Made by a program: the position numbers and the translations under genes
DNA from: a virus
Virus record (IMG/VR): IMGVR_UViG_3300030101_003058
Location: 1-64,000 of that record
Reading direction: 5' to 3' (one strand)
DNA length: 64,000 nucleotides
The notes under the pieces: generated by a model
Databases searched by the model: none
What the model was told of the DNA's origin: nothing
The model's input: the letters and a program-made list of their open reading frames with translations, nothing else
In this document: positions 25,998 through 38,121 of the stretch, one piece after another
Numbering within the stretch: the stretch's first letter is position 1
How the letters are laid out: every line of letters starts with the position of its first letter

Positions 25998-26534
25998 TTC
26001 TAGGGGATAGTTTTGGTTAGCTATGGTTGCCAGTGTATAGCCAAGGGATTTAATAGAGTTATCCTTTCAGGGATTACTATTGATATTTTGGGATTTCATT
26101 AGGATGCTATATAGGCGGCTCCGGACTGTCTTAACAGGTCTTGACCAAATCTGAGGAAATACCAGTACAACCCTTGGTACACAAGGGATTAGCACAAGAA
26201 TGCTGTTGATATTTACCAGAAAGAAAATCTAGTGGAATTTTTAGCGCCTATAGTAATCTGTAGAAGAGTAGGGAATTCTAACAAAATCAACAGTTTATAC
26301 TTATATAGCACAAGTATATAAATCAAAATAAATCAAAAATTAACTGTTGACTTTCCTTTGACAACCATAAGTTGACACAGAGAACACACATGAGTGTTGT
26401 TGGTGTATACTTAAGAGGATCTGTTGAGTAGCACAGGTAGGTACACCCCTGCTCTCCTTGCAGTCGATCAGGTAGGATATTTTTCAGATGTGCTTTAGGT
26501 AGGACTTTTGAAATGCAGGTGATATTTCTGGAGA

Positions 26535-26700
26535 AAATTTAGGAAGGTTCTAAAATATCAAAGGTATCCTTAAGAAGGGAGAATTTATTATTCTTATTTC
26601 TCCCTTTCTAAAGCTACACTTTAGCAACCTAAGTTTCTATATAAAATACCTCTGTATTCTAGGGCACTAAAATAAAGTACCTTAGAAATCAATAGTTTAC
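26535..26700. repeat. Phased-repeat plus hairpin element, copy C
   Basis: AAGGTATCCTTA shared with 51639; AAGGGAGAA...TTCTCCCTT stem; IHF site at 26687. Confidence 0.55.
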
Positions 26701-26744
26701 AGAGGAAATTTGCTGATTTTAGACGTTTTGAATCGTAGAAACGT

Positions 26745-28073
26745 CTAAGTGTATTTTCCAGACATCCAATCGTACATTCCATCACGTACTCTTGAGCTTG
26801 GAATATAGATATTCACAGGTTCATCATTACGTACTCTACTTCGATAGATCATCTGTAGAGCTTCAGCAAGCATGTACCTAGTAGGATCTGGTGCAAACTC
26901 ATCACCCTTACGTTTGAGGTGTTTGTATATCTCAGGACTCATGTAAGGATTATACACATAAGCAATCTTGGATACGCCAGCATAACTGTTGACAGCTTTG
27001 ATGTTGTGTGGAACAAACCTTCGTGTATACCCCTTACCTTTAAGCAACCCTGAACCACCTTTGAGACAAGTCCACATACGTTCTTCCATTGGTGCATAAC
27101 CATATGTATTATTGTTGAAGAAGTTGATCAGGTTTTGCTTGGTGGTGTCTACAACAGCATGTGATCTCTGGAAGGCTTTCTGGTGAGTTGCTGAGAAGGC
27201 TTCTAAACGTTCTCCCACTCGATTCATCCTTTCGTTCTCTACGATTCTAATGAGATCAAAAGGATTCTCAGGAATCATAATACCTTTCTTGTGTTCGTAG
27301 GGTATACCATAGCACATAAGGTATTTCTGGAACACACTACCTTCAAACATATAGGTCATAACTTCAACACGATCAAAAGCAGTGATGAACTCTATTGGAT
27401 ATTCCCACATAAACAACTTTCGATCCCCTGTGTCGTCATCAACAAGTAGAAGAGAACCGTTCTTGCACATTCTCTTGATACGTTGTTCCCAAGATAACCC
27501 TGTGCCATCTATGTCAGATTCTTCATCATCAGAACTTGCATCATCTGGTGCTACCCACCTGAGTAGTCCAAAGTCATCTTCCTCAACAAACCCACTGTTC
27601 AAAAGCATCATCCTACGTTCCTTGCGAAGACGTAGTTGCTCAATACACTCAAGTTCCTCATCAACAATAAGAGTGTAGCCGTTGTCCTTGATTGCTTGTC
27701 GTGTTTCTGGTGTGAACATCTTGAGGGCAGCATGTGTGGTTACGATGTCTCTGCCCTCTTGTACCAGCCTTTCGATGTCTTGTACCTTGTTTCTATAGCC
27801 AGCAATGGGGTGGTGGAACTCCCTACCAGAAGCATTACAGCCTGTACCGTTGTAGATCACACGCCCGCGTTCGTCTGTGGCAGGTTTTTTCTTATCACCA
27901 GATTTCTCACAAGGGATTGTACCAGCATACCTGTGACACTCATCTAGAAAGGGTGCTACAACAATATATCTGTTTTCTTCTGGCGCGTTGTTAATGGTTT
28001 CTATCATTCTTGTGGACTTTCCGGTGCCCATCAAGTGGTCGTGTACGATTACATTAGTCATACCTTCCCTCAA
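26745..28073 (-). CDS. SF2 helicase-like protein (candidate origin-binding protein)
   Basis: MGTGKST Walker A, VVAPFLDE, IVTTHA, LIVDEE, QMIYRSRVR motif VI. Confidence 0.75.
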   Translation of the reverse strand: MREGMTNVIVHDHLMGTGKSTRMIETINNAPEENRYIVVAPFLDECHRYAGTIPCEKSGDKKKPATDERGRVIYNGTGCNASGREFHHPIAGYRNKVQDIERLVQEGRDIVTTHAALKMFTPETRQAIKDNGYTLIVDEELECIEQLRLRKERRMMLLNSGFVEEDDFGLLRWVAPDDASSDDEESDIDGTGLSWEQRIKRMCKNGSLLLVDDDTGDRKLFMWEYPIEFITAFDRVEVMTYMFEGSVFQKYLMCYGIPYEHKKGIMIPENPFDLIRIVENERMNRVGERLEAFSATHQKAFQRSHAVVDTTKQNLINFFNNNTYGYAPMEERMWTCLKGGSGLLKGKGYTRRFVPHNIKAVNSYAGVSKIAYVYNPYMSPEIYKHLKRKGDEFAPDPTRYMLAEALQMIYRSRVRNDEPVNIYIPSSRVRDGMYDWMSGKYT

Positions 28074-28383
28074 TCAAAATGCCTTCATTGTGTACTTTAC
28101 CTGTGCCACCACAACATTCACAAGTAGATTCACCGTCGTCTGTGTAGATATCAAAGCAATTCCACAGAAGCATACTGTTGAATTTGTCTTCTGTAATTTT
28201 ATTACCATCATATCCGTAGTGCTTTTCAGCAAGTTCATCAATCGGCTTGTGAATAATTCGGTTTCTCCCGCCGTTCATGTGAAACCTATAGGTGCCATAG
28301 ATACCATGTGAAGCAACCAATGTCTCACCGTCATCCAACCTGTCGTGAATTCTTTTGAACTTCTCAATATTCATTGAACTCAT
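28054..28383 (-). CDS. Hypothetical protein with a CxxCxGxG motif
   Basis: CECCGGTGKV; RBS. Confidence 0.6.
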   Translation of the reverse strand: MSSMNIEKFKRIHDRLDDGETLVASHGIYGTYRFHMNGGRNRIIHKPIDELAEKHYGYDGNKITEDKFNSMLLWNCFDIYTDDGESTCECCGGTGKVHNEGILIEGRYD

Positions 28384-28397
28384 TTAAAATCCTCCTG

Positions 28398-28757
28398 TCA
28401 ATAATAAACCACCCGAACATTTAAACCCTTCTTCTTGGCTGTCTCAATCATATTCAAAGTCCCACGAGATCTTTTATCCCAAAAAGCCACCAGATGCGTT
28501 CCATAGTTTGCCATCTCAGCGTTCCTGATATGTCCTGCTGCCCGTCCATGCTCACTCCAGTTTGCCGGAAATAACTTTAGATCAATACTGTGTTCCTTAG
28601 CGTATCTCTCACCAAGAGCATCCGCACCACGAGCATTCCCAGAAACAATCTCATCAGGCATTCTCTTGCTGAACAAATGATCCAGCTTACGTTTCATCAG
28701 AGCATAGTCATTAAAGTCTCTACCGCCTGCTATGATTACTTTCACACTTCCTCCCAA
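28398..28757 (-). CDS. SLOG/YspA-like (DUF2493-type) protein
   Basis: VIIAGGRDF, IVSGNARGAD, AGHIRNAEM, SRGTLNMI. Confidence 0.85.
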   Translation of the reverse strand: MGGSVKVIIAGGRDFNDYALMKRKLDHLFSKRMPDEIVSGNARGADALGERYAKEHSIDLKLFPANWSEHGRAAGHIRNAEMANYGTHLVAFWDKRSRGTLNMIETAKKKGLNVRVVYY

Positions 28758-31700
28758 CCATCTTCTGTAATCCTAATCTGCATTTCTTGTGGTTTACCAG
28801 AGATAGTAAAGAATTCTCTGCTACACCTATTATCCCGAAGCCAGTTACCAACAATCTGCTTGAGATTTTTCTGCAACTCTGCGGTGTCCAAGTTGTTCAC
28901 CTGATCACACCAATCTATTGCAGTTTCTTCCCCAAGATCATCAAAAGCATTCTCCAACATTAAATCAACCAAGACGTTTGCAAACGCCATATTAGTAACA
29001 TCATAGTGTTCTGTTGGTGCCTCCCAGATTGTAATTGTTTCCCCAACTATATCTTCGAGATCCAAGCAGTCAATAGCATCATCAACTGTTGGCCAATAAA
29101 GTTCATCGTTTGCACTATAACTTTTCATACCCAAGCTCCTCCTTCACCATCTCCCAAACACCTTCAAGCACTCTCATAGAAACAGCATCGGGATGTTCCT
29201 CAGAAATATCAACACCACTTTCGTCAATCACAGGTGTCCAAGGCTTCTCCCACAATTCAAAAGCATTCCTGATGCTTCTCCCAACTGTGCTGTGGTAGAT
29301 CACAAGATCTTCTTTGGGTGTGTCTAGGAATTTCTTGATCTCATCCACGGGTGACTCTTTGAGCCAACCTCTGACTTGTCTGATCATGTAGTCTTGGTTA
29401 CTCATCGAGATACTCCTGCAACCTCTCAGGTAGAATCACCACACGCTTGTTAACACCGTTGTCCACATGATGATGACACCTTATTTCACCGGGCTTACTG
29501 TTGCCATCCCCAAGAACCGTAAGAGTATCTTCTGTCACCTCTTGCACAACCCCAACGTTCAACGGTTTGTGTCGGCTGCTCTTGCCATATACAATAAAAT
29601 CACCTACGCTAATCTCTCGTTTAAAATAATCTTTCATGTACGGCCCCTCCTATAAAACTCTCTAGCAATCTTAGCGTTAAAGTCCACACACTCTCCTGTG
29701 GCAAACTCAGAACCACAAGTGTCGCACAAGTAGCCCCAGCAATCAACAGTTTCTTTTAGTCCGTAAGCTTCTAATGTGTTCTCGTGGGCGTAGAGATAAC
29801 CAACACCTTCTCCGCAGATGCAGGATGCCTCCCAGGGTAATTCATCTGTACCGTTCATTTGTATCTCTCCAAAAGTTCTTCTTGGATCTTGCGAATCTGA
29901 TATACAACATCTACAAAATCCTCTGGCTTATCTGCAACACGCACCCGTGTATCCTCAAAATGAAGGAACACACCTTCTTCTTCAATATCTCCGCCACTGT
30001 CGTACGTGTTTACACTAAACAAAATATCCATAAGTCTCTCCTAATATTACCAACAAAAACGCACGATACCACATCCAGAGATACCGTGCAATGCTTGTGT
30101 TACCATTCGGTTATAACGTAAACTGGATAATCTACAAAAGCATATTCTTTGATATACTCGTAAACATAAGATGCAAACTCCCAAGCATCCGGCGACACTT
30201 CATCAATAATCACATCGTAATGACAATCACCATCAATACTTTGACAAAAGCAAACATCACATACGTTCAAAGACCCCCAGTTAACACCTGTGTACTCATT
30301 ACTGCCGAAGATCTTTGGGTTTTCCAAAGCAGCCTTTGCGTATCGTTGGATTTGTTCAAGTTGTTCTTGTATATGTTCCATACTACCTCCTAAACCCAAA
30401 GCGACCTAAAGTATTCACCAAACAACATAAGCCCCTCTTCAACTTTCTGTTGATGTTCAAGGGACTCTTCCCTATACCTCTCCCAAGCATCCTGATCACT
30501 CACTTCTGTTGTCAAGCGCCTATACCCAGAGTTCTCTATGCGGTCTGTGTGTATCGTGATCTCACCAGAATACTCAGGCTCTATATCTGCAAAAGCATAT
30601 ATCATCTTGTCAATAATCTCAAGCCATTTCTCACTAGAGTTCTCTGGATGCGCCTCAGCAATGTCCACAGGAACGCTGTAGATACCGAGCTTGTCATAAT
30701 CATCGCGGAACTTCACAAGCCACGCTAAGATAATTTCTGACAGTGTTCTGAAGTCTACAGTATCTTTCCTCCCAAACACAGGCTTTCCTTTGGATATTCT
30801 CATACTACCTCCTCAAATAATCCGATTGATCAAGTGCACCATAGATTCTTTGGTATTCTGCAAGTTCATTCTTGAGATTCTCAAGGTCTGTGTAGAGTCT
30901 ATCGTTGCGCTCTACTTCAATCAAGCGTTTCTCATCACATTGCAACCATGCTTTTGCTAGAGTGTAACCAGAGTGTGTATCAGCGATATAACAAGCACTC
31001 TCGTGTAATTCAAAACTATTCATTAGAACCTCCTTTACGACTCTTCCACCACTGCCCAAGTTTATTTGCAAATGTCTGAGAAGGAATCTCATAAAACATC
31101 AATGAACGAATCCTATAGTCCTCAAGAGCATCCTCAGTTTTCACAAGCATCTCTGCAAGTTCATAGGGTGTGTATGTATTCACAAGATCTTCCACTTGTT
31201 GTTGTAGGCTTTTCAAAACGTAGCCTCCCGTTTCACAAGATCATATCCAAGATAATCAGCATCACGCTCAAGCTGTTCCTTGGCATTCTCTATCTCCATC
31301 CTCTGTCGCATCTCATATTCTGCATTAAAGAGCGTCTCAAGCTCTTCATCAGACATCTCAAGACACTCCACAGGGATGCTGTAGCTTTCCCATTGGTCAC
31401 CAAAGGGATCGTAAGAATCCTTATACTCCTTCTCAGCCATCACACAAGATCGCTCAGGAGCATACCGCCAACGGCTAATGAGATCTGTTGGGACAAAATC
31501 AGCAACACCGCAGTCCACCATAATATCAATGATGTGCCCAAGGTGTTCTTCAACAGCAACATTACGCTGTGCTGTTTCTTGCAAATACTCTATTGTTACC
31601 ATTTCCTTCTCCTCTGACACGTTTTATAACTGTTATATCTGATTCTGGCAATTTCCACAAGATACACAAGAATCCCTGCTGCGCAAATCAAAAGAGCAAT

Positions 31701-34700
31701 CGAAAGGTTTGTCATCTGTGCTCCTTCAGTTTCCTGTAAAACTCTTGCTTGTGTTGCCCAAGATACCACTTACGCAACTCAGCAGAACTCTTGAAATGAT
31801 TGTGTGTTTGAGATTGCTCTGGTTGTTTGTTGGATTCTTGTAAAGACATTAGGTAGTTTTTGAGTTTCATTCCTGTGCCTCCTTAAAACTCTTATGATAA
31901 GCACGGAGACACATATAAGCATCTGCGAGTGTCCCAAACTCATCTCGTGTCAGTACAGCAGTGCTTCTCGTGGAGAATCTGTTGTTAATCAGATCCAGCA
32001 CACGCTCAAACTCTTGTAACTCTTCATCGAACATTCCTATCCTCCTCAAAATCCACCCGATAATGCTCTGGTTGAATCATCTGTGACAACAGCGAGTGGT
32101 TCTCACAAGCAAGCATCTGAATATCGTGCTCAAGTGTTTCTATGTAATCGCTGACAGCCTTGAATTCATCCCGTGTAATCACAGCAGATCGTCTTTGGCC
32201 AAGCCTAGCTTCAATAGCAGCCATAGCTTTTGTGCACCCTCTGTTCTCACTCATGTTTATCTCCAGAATCTCCCTTATGAACAAATGGAATCGCAATAGC
32301 TCCCAAGAGCATCCCAATCACCCACACAGTTCCTCCGATAATCCAAGCAACAGGCCAACAGAATCCAAAGAACCATGCCATTGCTGTGTCCATTGTTGGA
32401 TCATCACCTGTCACCAAATGCTTCTTGATGAAATTTGCTGTGATGATTGTAAAGAATATCCACAGAGTTAATCCGGGCAGTGCTGCAATTACATCCATTG
32501 GTATTTCTCCATATCGCTTTTGAATTTCAACTTGCTCTCAAGAATTTCAAGAACATCTGCTACAGAGTGTACCATAACTTGCATATCGGTGTCACAATCG
32601 AAGATGTTGAATCCTTCGGGATCAATTGAGATGCTTAAGTTTGCTCTGGAGCATTGTTCTTGGATGCTTCGGATTGCTGCTACTTGCACGGGCTCTGTTT
32701 GATCTTTCCACAAGGGACCGGTCACCTCTATTGATGTAGAATCTGCTACAATCTCAAACAAATTTATCTCGTCTGTATTTCTTTCAACAAGACTGTCTTT
32801 GTTTATCACACCTGAGTCACAATCATCATCCATGATCACATAAGCATCTTCCCACTCTTCATCAATGTTGTAAACTTTTCCTTCTGTGAACCAACTGTTT
32901 CCTGCTCGTAAACATTTAAGTTTCATAAGTTCCTCCTAATAGCTCCAGTCACAATCAAATCTTCCCCGGTATAAAGGAAAGATAACATCAACCATTTTCC
33001 GTTGCAAGCGATTTACGGTGGTTCTAAGTAAATCTACAGAGCACACAGATTCTTCCCAATGAATTCTGTCGATAAACTCATTGATCTCATAATCGTTCAC
33101 ACGTAGGTTCACAAGGTATCCTCCGAGCTTCTCTTGTGCCCACCACTGGCGCTTGTAGGGATCATCTTTAGATTCATCAAAAAGAAACTCAGCACCACAA
33201 GGTGTCCGCAAGAGTTCTTCGATTTGCTCACTTGTGGTTAACTCAAAATAATCCTCAGAAACCTCATCAAACCAACAAGAGGAGCATGTGTAACTCTCAA
33301 GAACAGTCAAGATCTGGTCAAGAGATTCTGAGGATAGCTCAAAACCCTCTGAGGACATTTTGATTAGTCTGTACATCAATTAAACCTTTCGTATTCGTGG
33401 TTATCCGCGTTAATTACTCTGTATTGTATCTCCTGAATATCCCGCACATCGTAAAAATTAATTTCACAGTCATTTTCTGTGAGCCACTTTTTTACTACTC
33501 TGGATAGTTCTGATTCAAGTTTATCGTATTGCTCTTTTGAAACATCTTCTACAGCACAGATCCACGCATCAGCATGTTCCCCACGATTTTCAAAAACATT
33601 CTCGCAGATATTTTCCATTATCCAGTCGGCATGGATGAATTCTGAAATAAACGGTTTGATAGCAACACCCTCTTGTATAATGATCACATCTCCGTTGTTT
33701 GAATCCTCGCTGGCGACTTCTAGAGTGTAATCGAGGTCGTCACTAAATTCGTCGCCGCTGCTACTCCAGCATTTTTCAATACTCATATCAAAGCTCCTCC
33801 ATCTTCTCAAGACACTTATTAGCACCACCTATGTGTCTCATGTATTCAATCAAAGTTCCAACACCACCTTCTTTGGCTTCATACAGTTCTTCAGCACAAG
33901 GGCTAACCCAAATATTCTCTGAGGTGATCTTCAGTTCCATCTCGTCATCACATCCGATGTGCTTGAGCCACTTTTGTAGCTCGTGAATGTGATGAGCTAC
34001 TGCTACAGAACAATCTACAATTTCTTGTTGCTTTCTTTCGATGCGTTGGAATTCTTCGTCTTCCTCGGCTGTGCTTACAGAGTCTTGTGATTCTTTCTCC
34101 GGTTTGCTGTCGTACTTTTGCATTTCGTGGACAATTGTTTCAAGTGCTTCTAGGCAGATGTTGTCGTGCTCTGCTAGATCATGAGTACAGACTGAAACTC
34201 TAATGTTTTTATTGAGTCCGTCTTTTGATGACCAACCGCTATGCCTTGTGATTTCCACATTAAGTTGTGAGTCATCGTTGAATACTTTAAAGTTCTTAAG
34301 TGTTGTCATAATCATCTCCTCTCGTCTAATCTCAGAGCCTACAGCAGCGTTTCTCATGTTACCCTAAGCTACCCTAGTGGGTATCTTTAAAATGCCCTTG
34401 TAGGCTTCTGTAGGCGCTCCTGTCATTGAATTGAATACCGGAAAAACTCTCCAGCATTTACAACAGTAACATCCATACCATTGAATTGCAACTTCTCTGG
34501 ATCTTCTTTGGTGCTTCCATCGTCTAATACAAGCATCTTGTGATCTTCACATTCTTGTTTAAGTTGTCGCCACAGATCATTAGAGATCCGCAAGGTGTCT
34601 GGTGTCTTGCCTGTGGATTTTGCGTGGACGTATGCTTGGTCAATGATTTCTTCTGTAAGTTTCACGGTTTCAAGCTCCTCTCACGTTGCTCCTCAGTGTC

Positions 34701-35391
34701 TTCCCATGCTTTCGCCAGAATAGCCTTAGCTTCTTCAATGCGTGGCACAGGAACCAACTCACATATAATCGTAACATACGCTTGATGTACTTCTGGGTCA
34801 TCAGCCACTCGCATGTTTGTCCAAGCGTTTGCCAGAAGCCACTCAAATTGTTCACGGTCTTCTTTGTCTGTCACAGAATCTATGAGATCACTCATGCGTT
34901 CTTTTAAGTTCATCAAAATCTCCTTAGTGAAAAATCGTCAGACGTTTATTGAATGTGTTCACGAATCGCGCTGTCTCATCGTCAATAAAGAACATGCTTC
35001 CGCATCGAATGATATTCCGAAGATTATCATAAGCTCTGTAATGACGAGCCACATCGACTTTCCCGTCGAATGCTACAGATTCCATTGAAATCCACAGAGA
35101 ACGATCTTGGTCTGTCAACGTGTCCCTCTCGATTTTCTTGAATAACCAACGTAGAGCGTAGTAACCATCATCGTTGTACACAAGAACATCTTCCTTGTCC
35201 ATCTCACGGATGTTCCGCTGCCACCACGAGGGTTCTTTGGCTTGTGCTAGTGCTTGTGACCATTTCCTGCATGTGTGTTGTTCAAAGGCAATCAGGATTT
35301 CTTCGAAACACTGGATTGCTGTCAAAATTTTGTTGTATCCTCGGGTTTGCTCACCCTTGTCATCGTATCGTGTAACAATTGCTTGGTTCAT
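28742..35391 (-). other. Block of about 20 small tightly packed hypothetical CDS (e.g. 28742-29134, 29115-29405, 29398-29637, 29634-29858, 30100-30399, 30390-30803, 31213-31620, 32247-32498, 32489-32926, 32936-33379, 33376-33786, 33788-34357, 34423-34665, 34662-34916, 34924-35391)
   Basis: Overlapping start/stop codons and GGAG RBSs on the minus strand; no function recognisable. Confidence 0.7.
34335..34415 (-). repeat. Dispersed ~85-bp repeat, copy 2
   Basis: Reverse complement aligns with 13768-13850. Confidence 0.75.
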
Positions 35392-35517
35392 AAAATTTCC
35401 TCTTTAGTATTATCAGTGGTATCATTATGTGCAAAGGTTATTCCTAACCAACCCCTACAATTTTTAAGTCTACGCTAAAGTAGCAATGAGGTCAACACTT
35501 TTCTTTGGAGAAAATAC

Positions 35518-35991
35518 ATGCCTAGAATTTCGGACAATTTCTATTTATCGGAATTTACCAAAAGTGCCACAGCAGATCAACACGGTATTACTAATGATCC
35601 TGACGATGTTGCTCTGATGGCTATCACAGCACTTGTTCATAATGTTCTACAGAAGATTCGGGATGAACACGGGAGGGTCAATATATCTAGCGGGTATCGT
35701 AGTCCAGCTTTGAATGCTCAGGTGGGAGGTTCCAGTAATTCTCAACACGCTAGGGGAAGCGCCGTAGACTTTACTGTAGAAGGTAAGAGTTGTAAAGAGA
35801 TTTGCGAATGGTTGATGCAGAGTGATCTGCCTGTGGATCAGGTTATTTTTGAAACGGAGTATGACAAGGATGGTCGTGAGCTAACCCAATGGGTTCATTG
35901 TTCGCACGAGAGGTTTGGAGAGAATCGTAAGCAATTCTTGACAGCTTACGTGCGCCCAAGTGGCACAGAGTATGTTGCGGGAATTCGGTAG
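35518..35991 (+). CDS. Endolysin, peptidase M15A family
   Basis: ISSGYRS..LN..VGG...SQH..G.AVD...WVH. Confidence 0.9.
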   Translation: MPRISDNFYLSEFTKSATADQHGITNDPDDVALMAITALVHNVLQKIRDEHGRVNISSGYRSPALNAQVGGSSNSQHARGSAVDFTVEGKSCKEICEWLMQSDLPVDQVIFETEYDKDGRELTQWVHCSHERFGENRKQFLTAYVRPSGTEYVAGIR

Positions 35992-36245
35992 GATGTTCTG
36001 GAGGGATACCTCTGGTTGCTTGTGCAGAGCCAGAGGGTTTCTTTGGGATTCTTAGGGGCTATTTAGGTAGGCTTGGACCGCTTGGAGATACAGGCAGTCA
36101 AATGAGAAACCATTAATTTCATCATATCCTATGTGCAGGAGTCCAGAAGCAATTTCTAGGTCTTCTCGGATCACAATGCCGAGTCCAAATGTCCAGTGTT
36201 TGAAATCTAGGGACAGTTCTAGTACGAATGGTATGATTGTTGTGT

Positions 36246-36959
36246 TCATTTAATCCTCCCGTGATCTTTCTCATATTCTTCAAAGGCCATACCCCACATT
36301 TTAGCTTCGTCTGAGCGTACACAATAATCCCAAGAATCAAAGTCAATCATTGCAATGTTCAGGTTTGTATATCCAGCTACATCAATCAGCATTTGTAGAC
36401 CGCTGTATGACTTGAGGTCTTGCTGGTTGACATCACCAGTTAGTACAAGTTTTGAGTTAATCCCTTGGCGACTCACAAGACTCTTTGCAACAGGTCCAGA
36501 CATATCTTCGATTTCATCCACCAGAATGAATGTGTCATCCCAAGACCTACCCTTAACCTGCTCAAGTGCCAGAAGCTCTACACGCCCGTTTTCAAGAAAT
36601 GCTTCTAGGTGCCCTCTGCCCAGCCGCTGTTCAAAAATGTCAATGATAGGCGCACACCAGCCAGATAACTTCTCGTTTTTGTCGCCTTTGAAATAACCCA
36701 GTGATTTACCAACACCCTCAGCAGGGCGGGCTATAATCACTTTTTCTATCTTCTTGGCAAGCAGGAGATCACACGCCATTACTGAGGGAATATACGTTTT
36801 AGAGCTTCCCCATACTCCTGTGCAGATTACAATAGACTCGTTTTTGATAGCATCAATGTATTCTTTCTGGCGATCATTCAAAGGACGCAGAAGAGATGTG
36901 TCCCGGTGTTCATCTGACTTCACTTTCTTGGTCACAGGGGTATTGTTACGCCCTTTCAT
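36246..36959 (-). CDS. phoH: PhoH-family ATPase
   Basis: P.N..QK.Y, GVWGSSKT, IIARP, KGRSW, LVDE, LTGDVNQQD. Confidence 0.92.
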   Translation of the reverse strand: MKGRNNTPVTKKVKSDEHRDTSLLRPLNDRQKEYIDAIKNESIVICTGVWGSSKTYIPSVMACDLLLAKKIEKVIIARPAEGVGKSLGYFKGDKNEKLSGWCAPIIDIFEQRLGRGHLEAFLENGRVELLALEQVKGRSWDDTFILVDEIEDMSGPVAKSLVSRQGINSKLVLTGDVNQQDLKSYSGLQMLIDVAGYTNLNIAMIDFDSWDYCVRSDEAKMWGMAFEEYEKDHGRIK

Positions 36960-36973
36960 AAGTTCTCCTTTTG

Positions 36974-37384
36974 TTACTGCACACGTTCAACAGGAATCCC
37001 AACAGAAATCAAGTAATCAATACCTTTGTCACATCTGTAAGGATGTCTGTAGTATACCTTAGAAATCTTCGCCGTTGCAATCTTTATCGAACACGCAAGA
37101 CACGGTTGATGGCTTATGAATATCTCAGCACCTGTCGACGTTTCTGCTGAATTCCACAGTTTCTCAAAAGCTGCTATTTCCGCGTGTCTGACGGTTGGTT
37201 CAGTATCGCCGTTGATGTCTTCACACCTCTCATAATCCCAACCCGGAGGTTGTCCGTTTACACCAAGGGATATGATGGATTCATTCTTGTAAATCAGGCA
37301 ACCAACCTTTAATCTCTCGGCGGCAGAAGTCTGACCAAATCTCTCAGACATATCCATGAGTGCTTGCTTGTACTTGTGTTTCAC
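36974..37384 (-). CDS. dCMP deaminase
   Basis: KVGC, GVNG, HAE, PCLACS; GTG start at 37384. Confidence 0.9.
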   Translation of the reverse strand: MKHKYKQALMDMSERFGQTSAAERLKVGCLIYKNESIISLGVNGQPPGWDYERCEDINGDTEPTVRHAEIAAFEKLWNSAETSTGAEIFISHQPCLACSIKIATAKISKVYYRHPYRCDKGIDYLISVGIPVERVQ

Positions 37385-38121
37385 TTCCCACACCCCACAG
37401 CAGAATAAGCCCCACAAGTATACGAGAAAGCAATACTCTCGCATTCCTCACGCAAACTATCGAGACTCCCGTAATTCATAATGACATCATCAGCAAGTCT
37501 TGAGAATTCTCCAAACTGTTTTTCAGAATCGTGATCAGATGCTACATTGAATTCTGTTGTGTCTCTTTGGATTCCAATAAGGATTCCATTGTCTTTCACC
37601 CAAACAGCTTCGTGAGCAAATCTTACATCAGGCACCAACAGCACTCTATCAAGATTCTGTTTCATTACAGTTTCAACAAAAGAAACCCAAATGTTTTTCC
37701 CGAAATACCCTTGCGCCCATTCAGTGCCTAGTTTTTGCAAGCAAAGTCTCGGGGACGCTTGGAATCGAATCACAGGACTCAACCAATTACCAGAGACACA
37801 GAAGGATTCGTTCAGAACTTCCTTCAAAGCCGCTACGGCATTCTTGAGATCACTTCGGCTGTCTAGGTGTTGTGCAAACATATCCGCAATAACACACTCA
37901 ACGATGTCCAAGTGCAATTCACAGTCAATCACACGATCCTTTCGCTTTCCATAGAGTTCCTCATGAGACCACCCAAAGATGCGTCCGAGGAATTCTTTTA
38001 AAGGTGTGGCAAAGGCGTACTCTAGTGTTTTGTACCCGTGACCGTTCAGGTAGTCTGCGATATACTTTGCACTCTGCCCTTTCCCCGCACGAGCCTTACC
38101 TGAGATACCTATGACGTTCAT
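37381..38121 (-). CDS. Deoxynucleoside monophosphate kinase
   Basis: IGISGKARAGK, AFATPLK, PR..LQKLGTE, DVRFAHE, HDSE. Confidence 0.9.
   Translation of the reverse strand: MNVIGISGKARAGKGQSAKYIADYLNGHGYKTLEYAFATPLKEFLGRIFGWSHEELYGKRKDRVIDCELHLDIVECVIADMFAQHLDSRSDLKNAVAALKEVLNESFCVSGNWLSPVIRFQASPRLCLQKLGTEWAQGYFGKNIWVSFVETVMKQNLDRVLLVPDVRFAHEAVWVKDNGILIGIQRDTTEFNVASDHDSEKQFGEFSRLADDVIMNYGSLDSLREECESIAFSYTCGAYSAVGCGK

Noticed and set aside
26421-26436. LexA-like CTGT-N8-ACAG
   Set aside because: Spacer and flanks do not fit the AT-alternating consensus; plausible by chance
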